This document shows positions 21,123 through 32,106 of a DNA stretch of 64,000 nt, in pieces (positions within the stretch are counted from its first letter, which is position 1; the number at the start of each line of letters is the position of its first letter). The notes under the pieces were generated by a model. The model saw nothing but the letters and a program-made list of their open reading frames with translations. It was not told where the DNA came from and did not search any database. Made by a program: the position numbers and the translations under genes. The DNA lies in the sequence record PP355768.1; one strand, written 5' to 3'.

Positions 21123-21719
21123 TTATCCTTTAGCGTAACCAGCGGCTACTAGGAATTTCTCTAAATTAGAAAGTTCAGGTTGTTCAACAGGCTGGACCTG
21201 CGAAGATTTTACAAAAGACTTACGAAGCTCCATGTAGTCATTATGGTTTACAGACTTCGAAAGGCTAAAAGTGGAGTCTTGGTTGCAGGGAACCGAGACT
21301 ACAGAGATCTCGAGTAACTCCAGATCTTTAATAATGAACGTTTCAGTCATATCGTCCCATTCGGCATCTTTGATATAGAAGCCTACCGAGAACGTTTTAA
21401 GAACCTCATCACGTATTAATGAGTAAATCTGTAGATCAGCAGCACTTACCTCACCCTCAACCATAAGTCCGGACTCGGTTGGTACCAGGTCTAGGATCTT
21501 ACCAATTGGGCGGCTATGGTTATGGCCGAAAAGCATGATCGGGTTCTTCATAAAATTCTTGAGGGCGTTACTGGTAGTCCACGCTTCGGAGAGAATAACG
21601 TCGCCGGCGCGGTCTTTGGTAATCGTGTTAGCATACCCTTTGATTTTTAAAGGAGGATTATCACCCTCACCGACAGCTTTAACAGATTTAATCTCAGCAT
21701 TAAGATTAATATTCTGCAT
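21123..21719 (-). CDS. pb11: Prohead maturation protease pb11
   Basis: HK97-type protease motifs (LFGHNH, FSVGF, EISVVSVPCN); ATG 21719 follows GGAG. Confidence 0.92.
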   Translation of the reverse strand: MQNINLNAEIKSVKAVGEGDNPPLKIKGYANTITKDRAGDVILSEAWTTSNALKNFMKNPIMLFGHNHSRPIGKILDLVPTESGLMVEGEVSAADLQIYSLIRDEVLKTFSVGFYIKDAEWDDMTETFIIKDLELLEISVVSVPCNQDSTFSLSKSVNHNDYMELRKSFVKSSQVQPVEQPELSNLEKFLVAAGYAKG

Positions 21720-21765
21720 CGTTTGCTCCAAACACTTTCGTGTTGTTCCTCAGTTTTCAGATACT

Positions 21766-21794
21766 ATTATTACATACCAAATCGCGAATGTCAA
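21766..21794 (-). promoter_or_regulatory. Promoter for the protease-capsid operon
   Basis: TTGACA followed by a TG-TAATAAT -10-like element. Confidence 0.55.
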
Positions 21795-21878
21795 AAGATA
21801 TTTGAAAATCCCACACGGTGTGTGGAATTAGTGGGCAGTCGAAATTGGTTACACTGAAAATAGTTATGCACTAGTGTA

Positions 21879-21904
21879 GAAAAATGGGGAGCCGAAGCTC
21901 CCCC
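21879..21904 (-). terminator. Intrinsic terminator after the decoration gene
   Basis: GGGGAGC-TTCG-GCTCCCC plus T tract on the minus strand. Confidence 0.8.
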
Positions 21905-21916
21905 AGTTATCAAGTA

Positions 21917-22636
21917 TTATACAGGCGCAGTGGCCGCCTTAACTGTTACTGTAGCAGTGTCGGTCTTATTGCCGTCAGCTGTTTTAACAGTAATAACTAC
22001 GGTACCATCTGCAGCTAAGTTGGAGGGAACAGTTACCGTACCATCCGCAGCTACGGTAGCTTTGGTGGTGTCAGCAGAAGTGTAAGTTACAGACTTATTA
22101 GTTGCGTTAGCTGGGGCTACAGTACCAGTAAGTTTGCCGGTCTTACCTGCTTCGATTGTAATAGTCTTTGGTGACATAGTGACACCCGTAACTGCTACAA
22201 CAGGAGCCTTGACCTGAATAGAGACTTCGTTAGACTTACCACCTGCTGTAGCGGTGATCTTAACTGTACCAGCTTTAGAAAGCGCAGTAACCAGACCTCC
22301 AGTGCTAACGGTAGCTAGAGTAGCGTCACTAGTCTTCCACGTTACAGTTTTATTATCTGCGTTTGTTGGTAGGACAGTTGCGGCAAGCTGTACAGTCTTA
22401 GTATAGTCTAAGGATGCAGGAGCGCCCGTGATACTAACAGAAGCTACCGGTACTGGCTTAGTTGCTTCCGCGTAGGCTTCCTTAAACTGATCCCAGGTTT
22501 TACTGTTAGTAGCAGCGTAACCATACTCCTTACGCAGAATCTGGTAAGTGAGATGTGCCTTAACGGTTGCAAACACGTTATGTGCCTCGGGGAGACCATT
22601 AGGGAATAGTGCTTTTAATGCTTTATAGTCAATCAT
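21917..22636 (-). CDS. pb10: Capsid decoration protein pb10 with two Ig-like (Big2) domains
   Basis: MIDYKALKALFPNGLPE N-domain plus two V.V..V.I/M..TV.P.NA.NK.V..S.D...ATV repeats. Confidence 0.9.
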   Translation of the reverse strand: MIDYKALKALFPNGLPEAHNVFATVKAHLTYQILRKEYGYAATNSKTWDQFKEAYAEATKPVPVASVSITGAPASLDYTKTVQLAATVLPTNADNKTVTWKTSDATLATVSTGGLVTALSKAGTVKITATAGGKSNEVSIQVKAPVVAVTGVTMSPKTITIEAGKTGKLTGTVAPANATNKSVTYTSADTTKATVAADGTVTVPSNLAADGTVVITVKTADGNKTDTATVTVKAATAPV

Positions 22637-23844
22637 TGTTTTTCCTCGTCTTTATTGGGAGCGCCACCTTCTTGTCCACTTACTCCGGTAGCTGATCCAG
22701 CTACGTTGGCAGGGATGCGAATTTTCTTCATCTGCTCGTCAGCCAGTTCCTCATAACCAAGTTCTATACGACCTTCGTTACCGGTAAGGATACCGTTGTT
22801 GACCAGTGCAGTTACGAATTTAGCCTCTTTCTCCTTATCCGGAGTCAGTGCTACTACGTCTTTAGTATTGGGCGTTACTTTAAAACCGAAGAAGAACGTA
22901 AGCGAGCTACATACTTTATTGAGCATAGGCACAATAGTCATGTAGTAGAACAGCTCAATGTTCGGTCGAATATTGGCGTTGTTACCTCCATCGATCAATA
23001 GCTGAGGGACCCCAAGAGCGATACATACGTCTTTATTAAAACGAGCGATATCGTTCTCGAAATCGAGATCTTTAAAGGAGGAGATTTGGGAGTACGGCTT
23101 AGCCTTCATCCCGCCGTCTAGAATGAGCACAGTTGATTGGCCGGTACTAGGGTTATAGTCCAGCTGAAGCTCTTCTTGTTTACGTTCACGGAGCTTTTTA
23201 TTTAGGATTTCATCTGTTTCTAGGATAAGACCAATAACCGTACCGTTGTCCAGGAACTTCTCCTTGAACTCAAGCATTTTCTCGCGCTTAGTAAGCGAGT
23301 TAATCACGGTAGCTACGCGAGACTGGCCTGTGATCTGGGAGTTAATACCACCATTCTGGCCATTATCTTTGATGAAAATAATTTCATCAACGCGATAGTC
23401 GATCATATTATTAAAGACGAATTTGTTAACGAATTTTTTGTCATCTGCTTTCACTTCCATCAGGGCAGCAGGCAGATGATACAGAGACGAACCGTCCCAA
23501 TGGATATACGCACACCCTTCGAATAGAAGGTCAGACACTATTAAGCGTCTAAAAGTACTGGAGTCCATGTACGGGTTAGGGCGAACATTAAGCAGCGTCT
23601 CAAGAGTTTTACTCCTGATAGTGCCATAGGTTGTTATTGTTTTATACTGTTCACCTACGGTGTAGGAGCACTCAGCGGCGCTGTCAATTACCATGTTCGC
23701 GGATCTATTAAGGATCTCAATAGACGAATAGGCTTTGCCAGTCGTGAATGGTTTGACGTTAGTACGGTGACTAACATCCTCCAAGTCCCTGATTATGCGT
23801 TGTCCGCGGTTTAGTTTAGTAACTAACCAGTCACGAATAGCCAT
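22633..23844 (-). CDS. pb7: Portal protein pb7
   Basis: 403 aa; HK97-type portal motifs; T5 synteny. Confidence 0.93.
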   Translation of the reverse strand: MAIRDWLVTKLNRGQRIIRDLEDVSHRTNVKPFTTGKAYSSIEILNRSANMVIDSAAECSYTVGEQYKTITTYGTIRSKTLETLLNVRPNPYMDSSTFRRLIVSDLLFEGCAYIHWDGSSLYHLPAALMEVKADDKKFVNKFVFNNMIDYRVDEIIFIKDNGQNGGINSQITGQSRVATVINSLTKREKMLEFKEKFLDNGTVIGLILETDEILNKKLRERKQEELQLDYNPSTGQSTVLILDGGMKAKPYSQISSFKDLDFENDIARFNKDVCIALGVPQLLIDGGNNANIRPNIELFYYMTIVPMLNKVCSSLTFFFGFKVTPNTKDVVALTPDKEKEAKFVTALVNNGILTGNEGRIELGYEELADEQMKKIRIPANVAGSATGVSGQEGGAPNKDEEKQ

Positions 23845-24326
23845 TATAGGAACCTTGCGAATCCTGATTTCTCAGTCTTGACGTCAGTCGGAAGCCACTT
23901 CGCAAAGCCTGATCTTTCGCCAGTGTTGCTTGTACGAGGTGCTTCTGGATTCATACATCTTTCACGTTGTTTCTCAACCCAAATCTTCTGTTTGTTAGCT
24001 GAAAACAACGGCGGTTCTTTCGTATAGACCTTGTGCAGGGTCTGATGATGAAAGACACATAAGGTGACCGTGTCCTCTACTAGCTCATGCCAATAATGTT
24101 TATAGAACTTATCCCGATTACTTAGGACGACTTCTGAGTCAGTGAAATCCAGTTGGAATTCTTTAGCAAAGTTTTTAACTAGTAAGGCCACAGTCGAGTA
24201 GTGGTGTAGCTCCAGGTTTTCCTGTGAGTCACAAATGGCGCAACAGGTGCCTCTTTTGTATTGGGCTTTGATTCCGTCACGCATTATGGAGATTGCATCT
24301 CTCTTATATTTTACATTGGAAGCCAA
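23844..24326 (-). CDS. Putative nicking HNH endonuclease (T5 p150-like), TTG start
   Basis: CAIC..LELHH..VTLC..HH motif; TTG at 24326 preceded by AAGAGGAG. Confidence 0.85.
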   Translation of the reverse strand: MASNVKYKRDAISIMRDGIKAQYKRGTCCAICDSQENLELHHYSTVALLVKNFAKEFQLDFTDSEVVLSNRDKFYKHYWHELVEDTVTLCVFHHQTLHKVYTKEPPLFSANKQKIWVEKQRERCMNPEAPRTSNTGERSGFAKWLPTDVKTEKSGFARFL

Positions 24327-24428
24327 AGTGTTTCTCCTCTTAGTCGGGAAAATACTACTTCGGGTACAGCAATTAAATATTCCTCTCATTCACCCTGATG
24401 TCTATGAGATCTCTCAAGGTATGAATAT

Positions 24429-24457
24429 ATTATAACTGCCACACACGAAATTGTAAA
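24429..24457 (-). promoter_or_regulatory. Promoter upstream of the HNH-portal genes
   Basis: TTTACA-17-TATAAT. Confidence 0.7.
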
Positions 24458-24517
24458 GTGAATTTTATAAAGTTGGAACGGAATTTGTACTCACTGCTAT
24501 CCGTTCCAACTCAGCTC

Positions 24518-25834
24518 TTATTTGCCACGGGAAATCGAGTAGATGCCGTAACGCAGTGCGTCACATAAGTGAGAGTTGGCATCATGACGAGGTTTCTCTC
24601 TGGAGAGCTTTTCCTCCCCTTCCTGGAAGTCCCACTTGTAGTTCTGGAGTGCGTGAATTAACGCAGTACATGAGGCATCAACAATTATCTTACCCTGCTG
24701 GAATAAAGCAGCTAGGCATGCCAGGCCGTCCAGGACAGATTTCTTAGCAGGGGCAGAAGATATTTCATGCTCGTATGCTAAGTCCTGTCGGAACTGTGCG
24801 GCTGCGGAGTCAACGAAGATACGGTCTACGTTATACCGGTCTATACAGTGTTGTATGTACATGGCATGCTGTGCTGTAGTCTTCTCTGCCTGCTGATATT
24901 CCTCAAGGATATAGTAAATGTCCTGATCATAGTGGTACTTAATAGTCAGTACTGCTGTCGGGTCTCTGTAACCAACGTCGATACCTAGAATGGTTTCGAA
25001 CTCGTGGTCTGCTGCAAAGAAGTGACCCATACCTGCGAGATCCTGTACATGCTCGGAAACGCTAAAGGTATCGTAGATCTGACCTTCGAATACGGAGAAG
25101 TCCGCCTCATATTCTTGTTTGAAATAGTTCTTAGATACAGTCTTACGTGCTTCTTCGATATCTGCAAGAGATACGCGAGGGTTATCTCGGTAGGTACCGT
25201 GGATTGATACCCACTGCGGAAGATCTTCTCGGAACCCCTGCTCGTAGAAGCGTTTGAACCAGTTACCACCACGAGGAGTAGAGATAAACAGGGCTTTAGA
25301 GTTAGGTTTGTCCAGTGTAGGACGGAGCTGGATATCAAAAGCGTCACCACCAACGTCGGAGATTGCTGCCTCATCAAAGATAATAAAGTCGTATGAACGA
25401 CCAACCGCGGAGTCAGCCTGTGCAGCAGAAGCCAGCTTAAAGAGCGAACCATTAGCAAGTTCAATTTCTTTATCTTTGGCGTTCTCACGCTCAGTTTGAA
25501 GGCCATATTTCTTAATCAGACCTTTGATCTGCGCCCACCCGATGTTTGCCAGGGAGTAGTTCGGAGCTACTACGAGTACCTTAACGTTCGGCTCTAGGAG
25601 TTTAAGGAAGCCTAGAGTATACGCAATGAACGACTTGCCAACACGACGTGATACGCATGCTGTAACGAAACGGTGACGTGGGTCTTCCAGTGCGTTTATG
25701 ATTGCGCACTGCGGGCCGTTTGGAACGATCCCCTCGGTGGCCAGCAAGCCGGACACCGGGAATTTAAAGAATCGTTTATCAACGCCAAAATCCACCACGT
25801 CAGTCGTATTAATATAACTACGTGAGATTTCCAT
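24518..25834 (-). CDS. terL: Terminase large subunit
   Basis: 438 aa; Walker A SRRVGKS, Walker B IIFDE, ISTP, nuclease GIDVG and HLCDALRY. Confidence 0.95.
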   Translation of the reverse strand: MEISRSYINTTDVVDFGVDKRFFKFPVSGLLATEGIVPNGPQCAIINALEDPRHRFVTACVSRRVGKSFIAYTLGFLKLLEPNVKVLVVAPNYSLANIGWAQIKGLIKKYGLQTERENAKDKEIELANGSLFKLASAAQADSAVGRSYDFIIFDEAAISDVGGDAFDIQLRPTLDKPNSKALFISTPRGGNWFKRFYEQGFREDLPQWVSIHGTYRDNPRVSLADIEEARKTVSKNYFKQEYEADFSVFEGQIYDTFSVSEHVQDLAGMGHFFAADHEFETILGIDVGYRDPTAVLTIKYHYDQDIYYILEEYQQAEKTTAQHAMYIQHCIDRYNVDRIFVDSAAAQFRQDLAYEHEISSAPAKKSVLDGLACLAALFQQGKIIVDASCTALIHALQNYKWDFQEGEEKLSREKPRHDANSHLCDALRYGIYSISRGK

Positions 25835-26307
25835 TACTTACCTGCCCCCACAATGCGTGACAGAAGGTCAGTATAATTAGAGTCGTGACCACCTGCCAAG
25901 TTGATCTGAGTATTAGTCTGGTGTACAGGAGCTTTAGCCTGTTTCACCTTCTCATACTCGATCTGCATCTTCATCTCATCCATCTTCATCTTGTGCATGA
26001 GTTTGAGGATATCCATGATATCCATCTCGGAACCCATTCCAGTCTCATCCAGTTCTTCCATCTTCATGGTTAGAACAGTATCTAGAATGCCAAAGAATTT
26101 ATCACGGTTACGGAAACCAGACTCCATGAAGATATCAGTAAGATACGCTTTGACCTCAGGTTTACGCATAATCTCCCGGAATTTAGGTTCCTCCATGCCA
26201 ACAGCTAACGCTGCTTTCGCAACGTCGCTGCCAGACTCCAGGTAGGCTTCGATAACTAGCATGCCTTCCGGAGACATTGTATCTGGTACAATTAAATCAT
26301 TGCTCAT
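25834..26307 (-). CDS. terS: Terminase small subunit
   Basis: [21 protein letters not shown] as in T5; AAAGGAGG RBS before ATG 26307. Confidence 0.9.
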   Translation of the reverse strand: MSNDLIVPDTMSPEGMLVIEAYLESGSDVAKAALAVGMEEPKFREIMRKPEVKAYLTDIFMESGFRNRDKFFGILDTVLTMKMEELDETGMGSEMDIMDILKLMHKMKMDEMKMQIEYEKVKQAKAPVHQTNTQINLAGGHDSNYTDLLSRIVGAGK

Positions 26308-26317
26308 ATTGCCTCCT

Positions 26318-28294
26318 TTAGGCAAGCCTTTGCACAGCAATCCTAACCTCAGGAAGAATTACTCGCATATTCATGATATTGCTCATCTCAACGTTAACCC
26401 AAACTTCAACACTACCGTCAGCCCTAGCTATCAGCCAATAGATAATGGCATAATCGCCTTGAGTAGCAGAGTTAGTAGTAGCAGGTGCCCACATAGCCTT
26501 CATTTGCATGGCGTTGTTCCCAGGAATAACTCCACACTGGGTTACGGTTCCGCGTATAAAGTGGAACGGCACACACATGTTAACTGGAAGACACATGATT
26601 TGATGCACACGTTTCTGGAAGTGATTTCCGAAAATTCTCAGCCTACTATCTACCTCGCTCCACTGGGTAAGATCTTCTAGAGGGTTATAACATCCAATCC
26701 CTGCAGCAGCAATCCACTCATCGTTTTTCCAGTCTAGAGTGACGACGCAAGCCCCATTTCGGGAGTTATTAACCCCTAACCACAAGGTAGCCAGGTGGTG
26801 ACTAGCATTACCGCTAGTACGTAAGTTCCCTCCAATATCAGCAGAGCCGGTACCGCCCACTAGGCGGAGAGGTCGAGTTGCTTCGGACCATACTGGACCC
26901 CACTGGTTTCCGATTTCTGGTGGGTTAGATTTTACATACCACTGCGCATCAGATCTAAAATTGTAAACTCCTACAGTGGTTACATGCATCTCACTTATGT
27001 TACCTTGCCCAAATTCCGCACCATTATCTGGTCGAGTTAGAGGCTGATTGAAGTGAACATATCCATTATTACCAACAGTAGGGTTGCCACTAAATCTAGC
27101 AACATTGGTCGCAATAACTCGGATATCAGGCCTATTACCTGGGCTGTAGTTTATATTGTTCTGGTTTATGAACTTCCACCCAGTGTTCATTAGGTTTATA
27201 CCGTTTACAATGAACTCTCTAGGGCTGATTTTAATCTCCTGGTTGCGGGAGCCAAATACGTTCTCTGCGTAGAACCCCTGCCCATTGTATTTCATGTTAG
27301 TAATATACCAGCGAACACGTTTAGGAACCCGGAAGTTATTGTCACGGTAAATGGCATTGTTACCCCAACCACTACCAGCATTGTTGTTATCTGTGTTCTC
27401 CCACCCCATAAAGTTATTGGGCGGACCACGGAAGAAACCTGCCTTATACTCAATTTCCTGGTATGACTCGGTCTGGATATTATGAGCATATGGCCCGCCT
27501 ACCGGGTTAGAGCTTTTACCATATCTAGGGCCCATGTGTCCATACATGTTACGATTGAGAGTTTCCCCACGTAAGCATATACTGTTAACACCAGTATTAC
27601 GCATCCATGGGTGGCGCATAGCATCAACACCAATAGTAAGTGGTCTATTAGGCGGAGACACAGAACCGGCTATATTGCCACTAAAAGCCCCCCTATAGAG
27701 TACCCAACCGGCTTTAATAATTGTTTGAAAGTTAGGAGGTATAGGAGCTCCAACCGGCGGCCCAGGCCCCCTGTCCCCCCATTCTGAGTTAACGCCCCAG
27801 GTGTACATACACCCAGTACCATCTCGTAGCTTCTCATTAATAGTACCTGGCGTCTCTTCGAAATAGAAACTAATATCCATGTGTAAGTCTGCAGAAGCAC
27901 AAACGTTAGTCTTCATACTAGCCATAGTACCTGCAGAAACCTGGGAACCGACAGTATTACTAAAGTAAGCGTTATACGCCTTGGCGCCCACACCCAGGGA
28001 TGTACCGTAAATGAAACGTCTAGTACCATCCTCAAACTCAACCTCAGTTAAGACAACCCTGTCGTAGTCTGCGGACAGTACCTGAATAATCCTATCGGGC
28101 ATACGCGAACAGCGATACCAATCACCACCGTCCCAGAGTGTAACCTCATGGGTCTCTAAGATGACGACGTGTGGCATGTCGCTATGGAATATGGTATCCC
28201 AACCATTATTTAAGTGGTTGTTAATATCCTTGTTATTGCCCGAGGTTAGGGAGAGAACCTTCTTCCCTCCTATGCGACCTGCAAAAAAGCCCAT
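26318..28294 (-). CDS. pb5: Receptor-binding protein, pb5 (oad) family
   Basis: [20 protein letters not shown]-terminus matches the pb5 family; 658 aa; next to terS. Confidence 0.88.
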   Translation of the reverse strand: MGFFAGRIGGKKVLSLTSGNNKDINNHLNNGWDTIFHSDMPHVVILETHEVTLWDGGDWYRCSRMPDRIIQVLSADYDRVVLTEVEFEDGTRRFIYGTSLGVGAKAYNAYFSNTVGSQVSAGTMASMKTNVCASADLHMDISFYFEETPGTINEKLRDGTGCMYTWGVNSEWGDRGPGPPVGAPIPPNFQTIIKAGWVLYRGAFSGNIAGSVSPPNRPLTIGVDAMRHPWMRNTGVNSICLRGETLNRNMYGHMGPRYGKSSNPVGGPYAHNIQTESYQEIEYKAGFFRGPPNNFMGWENTDNNNAGSGWGNNAIYRDNNFRVPKRVRWYITNMKYNGQGFYAENVFGSRNQEIKISPREFIVNGINLMNTGWKFINQNNINYSPGNRPDIRVIATNVARFSGNPTVGNNGYVHFNQPLTRPDNGAEFGQGNISEMHVTTVGVYNFRSDAQWYVKSNPPEIGNQWGPVWSEATRPLRLVGGTGSADIGGNLRTSGNASHHLATLWLGVNNSRNGACVVTLDWKNDEWIAAAGIGCYNPLEDLTQWSEVDSRLRIFGNHFQKRVHQIMCLPVNMCVPFHFIRGTVTQCGVIPGNNAMQMKAMWAPATTNSATQGDYAIIYWLIARADGSVEVWVNVEMSNIMNMRVILPEVRIAVQRLA

Positions 28295-28313
28295 AAAAAC
28301 CTCAAAATCTCAC

Positions 28314-28374
28314 TTGCTAACAAGTGACTTTTATAATATAATATTATTATAAATTAAATCAACCGCCAAGTAAA
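28314..28374. promoter_or_regulatory. Overlapping divergent promoters
   Basis: Plus: TTGCTA-17-TATAAT (28314-28342). Minus: TTTACT-17-TATAAT (28374-28346), towards pb5. Confidence 0.75.
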
Positions 28375-28407
28375 CCAGATTTTTTAAAACCATCTAGGAG
28401 GACCACT

Positions 28408-28632
28408 ATGGAAGTAGTTATAGGAGCACTTATCTTGCTCTCAATCGTACTATTTGTCATTACCGTAAAGCAAGGTAAGACAATCAAACAGCTAGAACGC
28501 ACTAACGGAGTGTTGCAGAAGTCTTATGACAACCAAACCCGTTTGCTGCATAAGGCACAGTTAAACCTGTCTGAATGCAAAGCGGAACTAGAATCAGCAA
28601 ACAAAATCTACATTACTAAGGGTATGGCTTAG
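28408..28632 (+). CDS. Small membrane-anchored coiled-coil protein
   Basis: AGGAGG RBS; hydrophobic N-terminal 19 aa then a heptad-like segment; no lipobox. Confidence 0.75.
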   Translation: MEVVIGALILLSIVLFVITVKQGKTIKQLERTNGVLQKSYDNQTRLLHKAQLNLSECKAELESANKIYITKGMA

Positions 28633-28691
28633 AGGGTCGGGATGTTCTTTCTAATTGGGGGGTGGTATGGTAGTCCGATTACCCCCCTAGC

Positions 28692-28735
28692 TAACTATTA
28701 GTACCCTAACTATTTCGCTAGGGTACTATTAGCTT
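28692..28735. terminator. Hairpin between the convergent 28408 ORF and dmp
   Basis: AGTACCCTA-9-TAGGGTACT stem. Confidence 0.6.
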
Positions 28736-28737
28736 TC

Positions 28738-29454
28738 TTATGATGCGATGGCTAACGATTGAATGAATTGTTGTGGCTTAATTCCGTAGTCGCTTCTTTC
28801 TTCTTCGGTCATACCTTCCCAGCAATGAGCTAAACGCTCGCAAAGATATTGATAATCATTATCATCATCCAGCGCTTCATCTATGAATGACTCACCCGCA
28901 AGGCGCACACCAATAGATAGAATATCGTTGATTGCGGTAGCGTCCATCGTTTGAAGGCCAGCAGCAGCAGCAGCAGCCAACACGCCTTTATTATCGTCAA
29001 TCATAGTGATAGTAGAGTTCGGATATTCAGCTTTAAGCATTTCGAAATAATGCGTTTTATAGATACCATCTTTTGCATAGTACACCTCTTTGTAATCAGC
29101 ATCGCCAATATATCGGTGCAATACATCGCGGGATAGTATCTGGATATTACCACCGCGCCCCGCCCTGATACGTTGTTTCCGTAGGAAATAGTAATCGCTT
29201 TTGCTCATATAACGAGCGGTAACAACGATGTTTAATACAGTGGGATCATTAAGCGATGCCCGCATATATTCAACCAGCGGTAAAAGAGTGTCGGTCATAA
29301 TTGCATCATGAACGCAAGCCTTTTCCCGGTACATGTTTAAATCTAAGTTACCTTTCTCATCCATACACGGGAACACACGGGCGAAGGAATTAATAACAGT
29401 CCCGTCTAAATCCCATAACTTAATTGCCTTAATTGCCAGTTTATTAAAAGCCAT
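28738..29454 (-). CDS. dmp: Deoxynucleoside-5'-monophosphatase (HAD family)
   Basis: WDLDGT motif I and MIDDN motif; first gene of the T5 terminal repeat. Confidence 0.9.
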   Translation of the reverse strand: MAFNKLAIKAIKLWDLDGTVINSFARVFPCMDEKGNLDLNMYREKACVHDAIMTDTLLPLVEYMRASLNDPTVLNIVVTARYMSKSDYYFLRKQRIRAGRGGNIQILSRDVLHRYIGDADYKEVYYAKDGIYKTHYFEMLKAEYPNSTITMIDDNKGVLAAAAAAGLQTMDATAINDILSIGVRLAGESFIDEALDDDNDYQYLCERLAHCWEGMTEEERSDYGIKPQQFIQSLAIAS

Positions 29455-29527
29455 TTTTCATTTCTCCGGTTTCGGGGTTGTTGGTAATTAATCAAGCGAG
29501 CTATATTATAACTCGCTTTGTTAATTA

Positions 29528-29989
29528 TCAGAAGAATAAAGTTAAAGCATCAGCCAATTCAGCCGGTTTAATCCGGGTAGCCATTACCGGGACAATTGCC
29601 AGCGGCGGCGTATATTCGCTAGAAGAATATTCCCCGTAGTTCATCACGTCGCCAAGTAAATAGGTATCATCATAATCGTTTTCACTTACGACGATAAACA
29701 TAAGGCCAGCGGCTACGGCGTCAATCTCCACGGTTTCACAAATATCAGCCTCATAGAGAATCGAATCAGCGGCTACCAATTGGGAGATAATGCCCGACTC
29801 TTTAAAATCAGCGGGGCGCGGGAGAATATCGGTCACGGCTTTTAATACAGTGGCGCCGTCAACGGTAATGATTTTTTGATAGCTAACATGCGGGCGCCCT
29901 TCGCTATCGCGGGAAACAACAAGGCTGTTTTCTACGACGTTGGACGCGGTGAAAGATTTACGATTGTTATAGATGAAAGTAAGTTTCAT
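29528..29989 (-). CDS. Pre-early hypothetical protein
   Basis: 153 aa; GGAG RBS; between A1 and dmp as in T5. Confidence 0.75.
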   Translation of the reverse strand: MKLTFIYNNRKSFTASNVVENSLVVSRDSEGRPHVSYQKIITVDGATVLKAVTDILPRPADFKESGIISQLVAADSILYEADICETVEIDAVAAGLMFIVVSENDYDDTYLLGDVMNYGEYSSSEYTPPLAIVPVMATRIKPAELADALTLFF

Positions 29990-30017
29990 TTGTTTCTCCA
30001 GCTTATTTATTTAGGGG

Positions 30018-30305
30018 TTATTTTGATTCAATACTAGCAACGAAAATTAAATCTGTCTCATTCCATAAATCGGGAATATCATCTTCCCGCAAATATTCTA
30101 GCGCATCGCTAGAGTTCTGGAATGAAACAAAACTATCATGGGATCGGACTATATGAAATACTCCGCTCCACTCGCTTTGCATTAAATATATGTTGGGATC
30201 GCCAGCGTTTCGATATACAGTCTCGTACATAACGCGCTGCAATGTTACGCTATCGGAATCGTTAACCATCTTCGGGAGTCTGGTTTTAACAGCCATTTTA
30301 ATCAC
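30018..30305 (-). CDS. Pre-early hypothetical protein
   Basis: 95 aa; operon position after A1. Confidence 0.7.
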   Translation of the reverse strand: MIKMAVKTRLPKMVNDSDSVTLQRVMYETVYRNAGDPNIYLMQSEWSGVFHIVRSHDSFVSFQNSSDALEYLREDDIPDLWNETDLIFVASIESK

Positions 30306-30340
30306 CTTTAATTAGCCGGGGCAAATACCCCGGCTTTTTA

Positions 30341-32023
30341 TTATGCAAAGAAAACGCCGTCTTTAAAGTCAATCAAGGTACGTTGACCGTTTTCATAGGT
30401 GATCAAATGCGTTTGTGACCAGCTAGACGCGCCAATGTTATAGCCCATATCCAGCGAGCCAGCGACGCCAGCAGTATAAACGCCGCCGTAAATGCTGGGC
30501 GTGTGCGTGTGGCCAGTGTTCATCTTACCCAGCTTACGGAATCCTTTCGGGTTGCCACGAGCGCCGTTAATGCCGTTGTGACCGTGGGAACCGCATTCGA
30601 TGCCCGCGATTTTCATCGATTCGTCTGTAGTTAAGAAGATCGCAGCAAAATCGCAGCCAGCAACATTGCGCAGGGCGTAATCCAGCACGTTAAAAGTATC
30701 GTCTTTGTTTTCGATTGCCTCATAAATCGCAGCATTCAGGCGATAATAAAGATGAGCATTCGCCGGGTCTTGCTGAATGTTAGCCTTGCTATCATCCAGC
30801 CAGCGAGAAAGCGCAAGATCGTGGTTCGATTCAACGATCACCGTTTGGCTAAATTCACGTTCCATTTGCTCCAGCACGCGCCCCGTATCGATCAGGTCGT
30901 CAATTACCTTGTCACGTCCGGCGGCATATTGTTTCGCAAGGAAAACACCACTAGCGCGGTTGTGATGGTTGCGCGACGTGAAATCATGCACATCATGCAC
31001 AATCTGGTAACGAGGGCGCAGGATATCTACTAGCGCGGTTCCGCTAGGGTTATATTCCCAGCTTGCCGCCGCGACAGCGTGATCCAGCTTTTCGGCGTGA
31101 ATGTCACCATATTGCAGCGCGGCAACGTGGCCCGTTACTTCTTCGCCACCGTTAACAGTAAATTTATGATTAAGATCGTAAAACATCCCGCTTTCGTCCA
31201 TCGTTTCAAGCTGGCGAGCAAAGAAGTTGCCGTTGTCGTCGATCTCTACCAGCAAAGCGCCGTAATTATGCAGCGCTTCGGCTTTTTGGCCCGCTTTTTG
31301 CTGAATATAATTTTTCAGCGTCGCCGTGCCCGTTGAATACATACGGCGCACCGTGTCGCCCTTCATTGCCGGGACACTTTCGGCGGTGATTTTAGCGTGA
31401 CCAATAGCCAGCCCTTTCAGGCCGTAGGCGGTCGCAGTCTCGCCAAAGCCGGACAGCGGAAAATCAGCAGTCGGCAGAATGTTAATTTCTGCCATGAATG
31501 CAAAGCCTGTTTCACGGTTGCCCAAAAACACGTTTTCATCACAAATGAAATCTGAGAAAGCATCATCATATTTCAGATCATCATTGCCCTGCCCATTCTG
31601 GAAGCCCTTTTTATTGTAAGCATATTTGCTTACTAATAGAGTAGCACCGAGATATTTCGCGGCCTCCTGTAAGGTTTTCCAGAAATTAGCATGAGGGAAG
31701 GTATTATTCTGAATCGACGTTAACAGAAAACGCTTACCCGGAATTACCTTCCAGCTTTCGACGCTAGAATTAAGCTGACCAGCGGCAACGGGGCGGGAAT
31801 CTTCCACCGCAACACGTTGGGCGCGTTTTTCAGCAGCAGGTTTAACAGGCTTGTTATTATCCAGCCAATCGCAAATTTCGCTAGAGTGTTTCGCCGTGCC
31901 GTAATGCTCTTTGCTCAATTCGTCGCAGATCTCCAGCTTTTTAGCGCGCAGACGTTTACCCCAAAAATTGAGGTTATTTGCGGCGGTTAAAATAGCTTTT
32001 TGTTTCTCAATTGCAATGATCAT
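30341..32023 (-). CDS. A1: A1 protein (host DNA degradation and second-step transfer; metallophosphoesterase-fold nuclease)
   Basis: 560 aa; YGDIH, HD..D, SNHD, HGH and GHTH motifs; T5 A1-like N-terminus. Confidence 0.93.
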   Translation of the reverse strand: MIIAIEKQKAILTAANNLNFWGKRLRAKKLEICDELSKEHYGTAKHSSEICDWLDNNKPVKPAAEKRAQRVAVEDSRPVAAGQLNSSVESWKVIPGKRFLLTSIQNNTFPHANFWKTLQEAAKYLGATLLVSKYAYNKKGFQNGQGNDDLKYDDAFSDFICDENVFLGNRETGFAFMAEINILPTADFPLSGFGETATAYGLKGLAIGHAKITAESVPAMKGDTVRRMYSTGTATLKNYIQQKAGQKAEALHNYGALLVEIDDNGNFFARQLETMDESGMFYDLNHKFTVNGGEEVTGHVAALQYGDIHAEKLDHAVAAASWEYNPSGTALVDILRPRYQIVHDVHDFTSRNHHNRASGVFLAKQYAAGRDKVIDDLIDTGRVLEQMEREFSQTVIVESNHDLALSRWLDDSKANIQQDPANAHLYYRLNAAIYEAIENKDDTFNVLDYALRNVAGCDFAAIFLTTDESMKIAGIECGSHGHNGINGARGNPKGFRKLGKMNTGHTHTPSIYGGVYTAGVAGSLDMGYNIGASSWSQTHLITYENGQRTLIDFKDGVFFA

Positions 32024-32106
32024 TATCTAAATTCTCCAGTTAATGGGATATAGGCAAAATTGCCAAATATAACGCCGTGTTGCTAGTGGCGTTATAATTT
32101 GCGACT

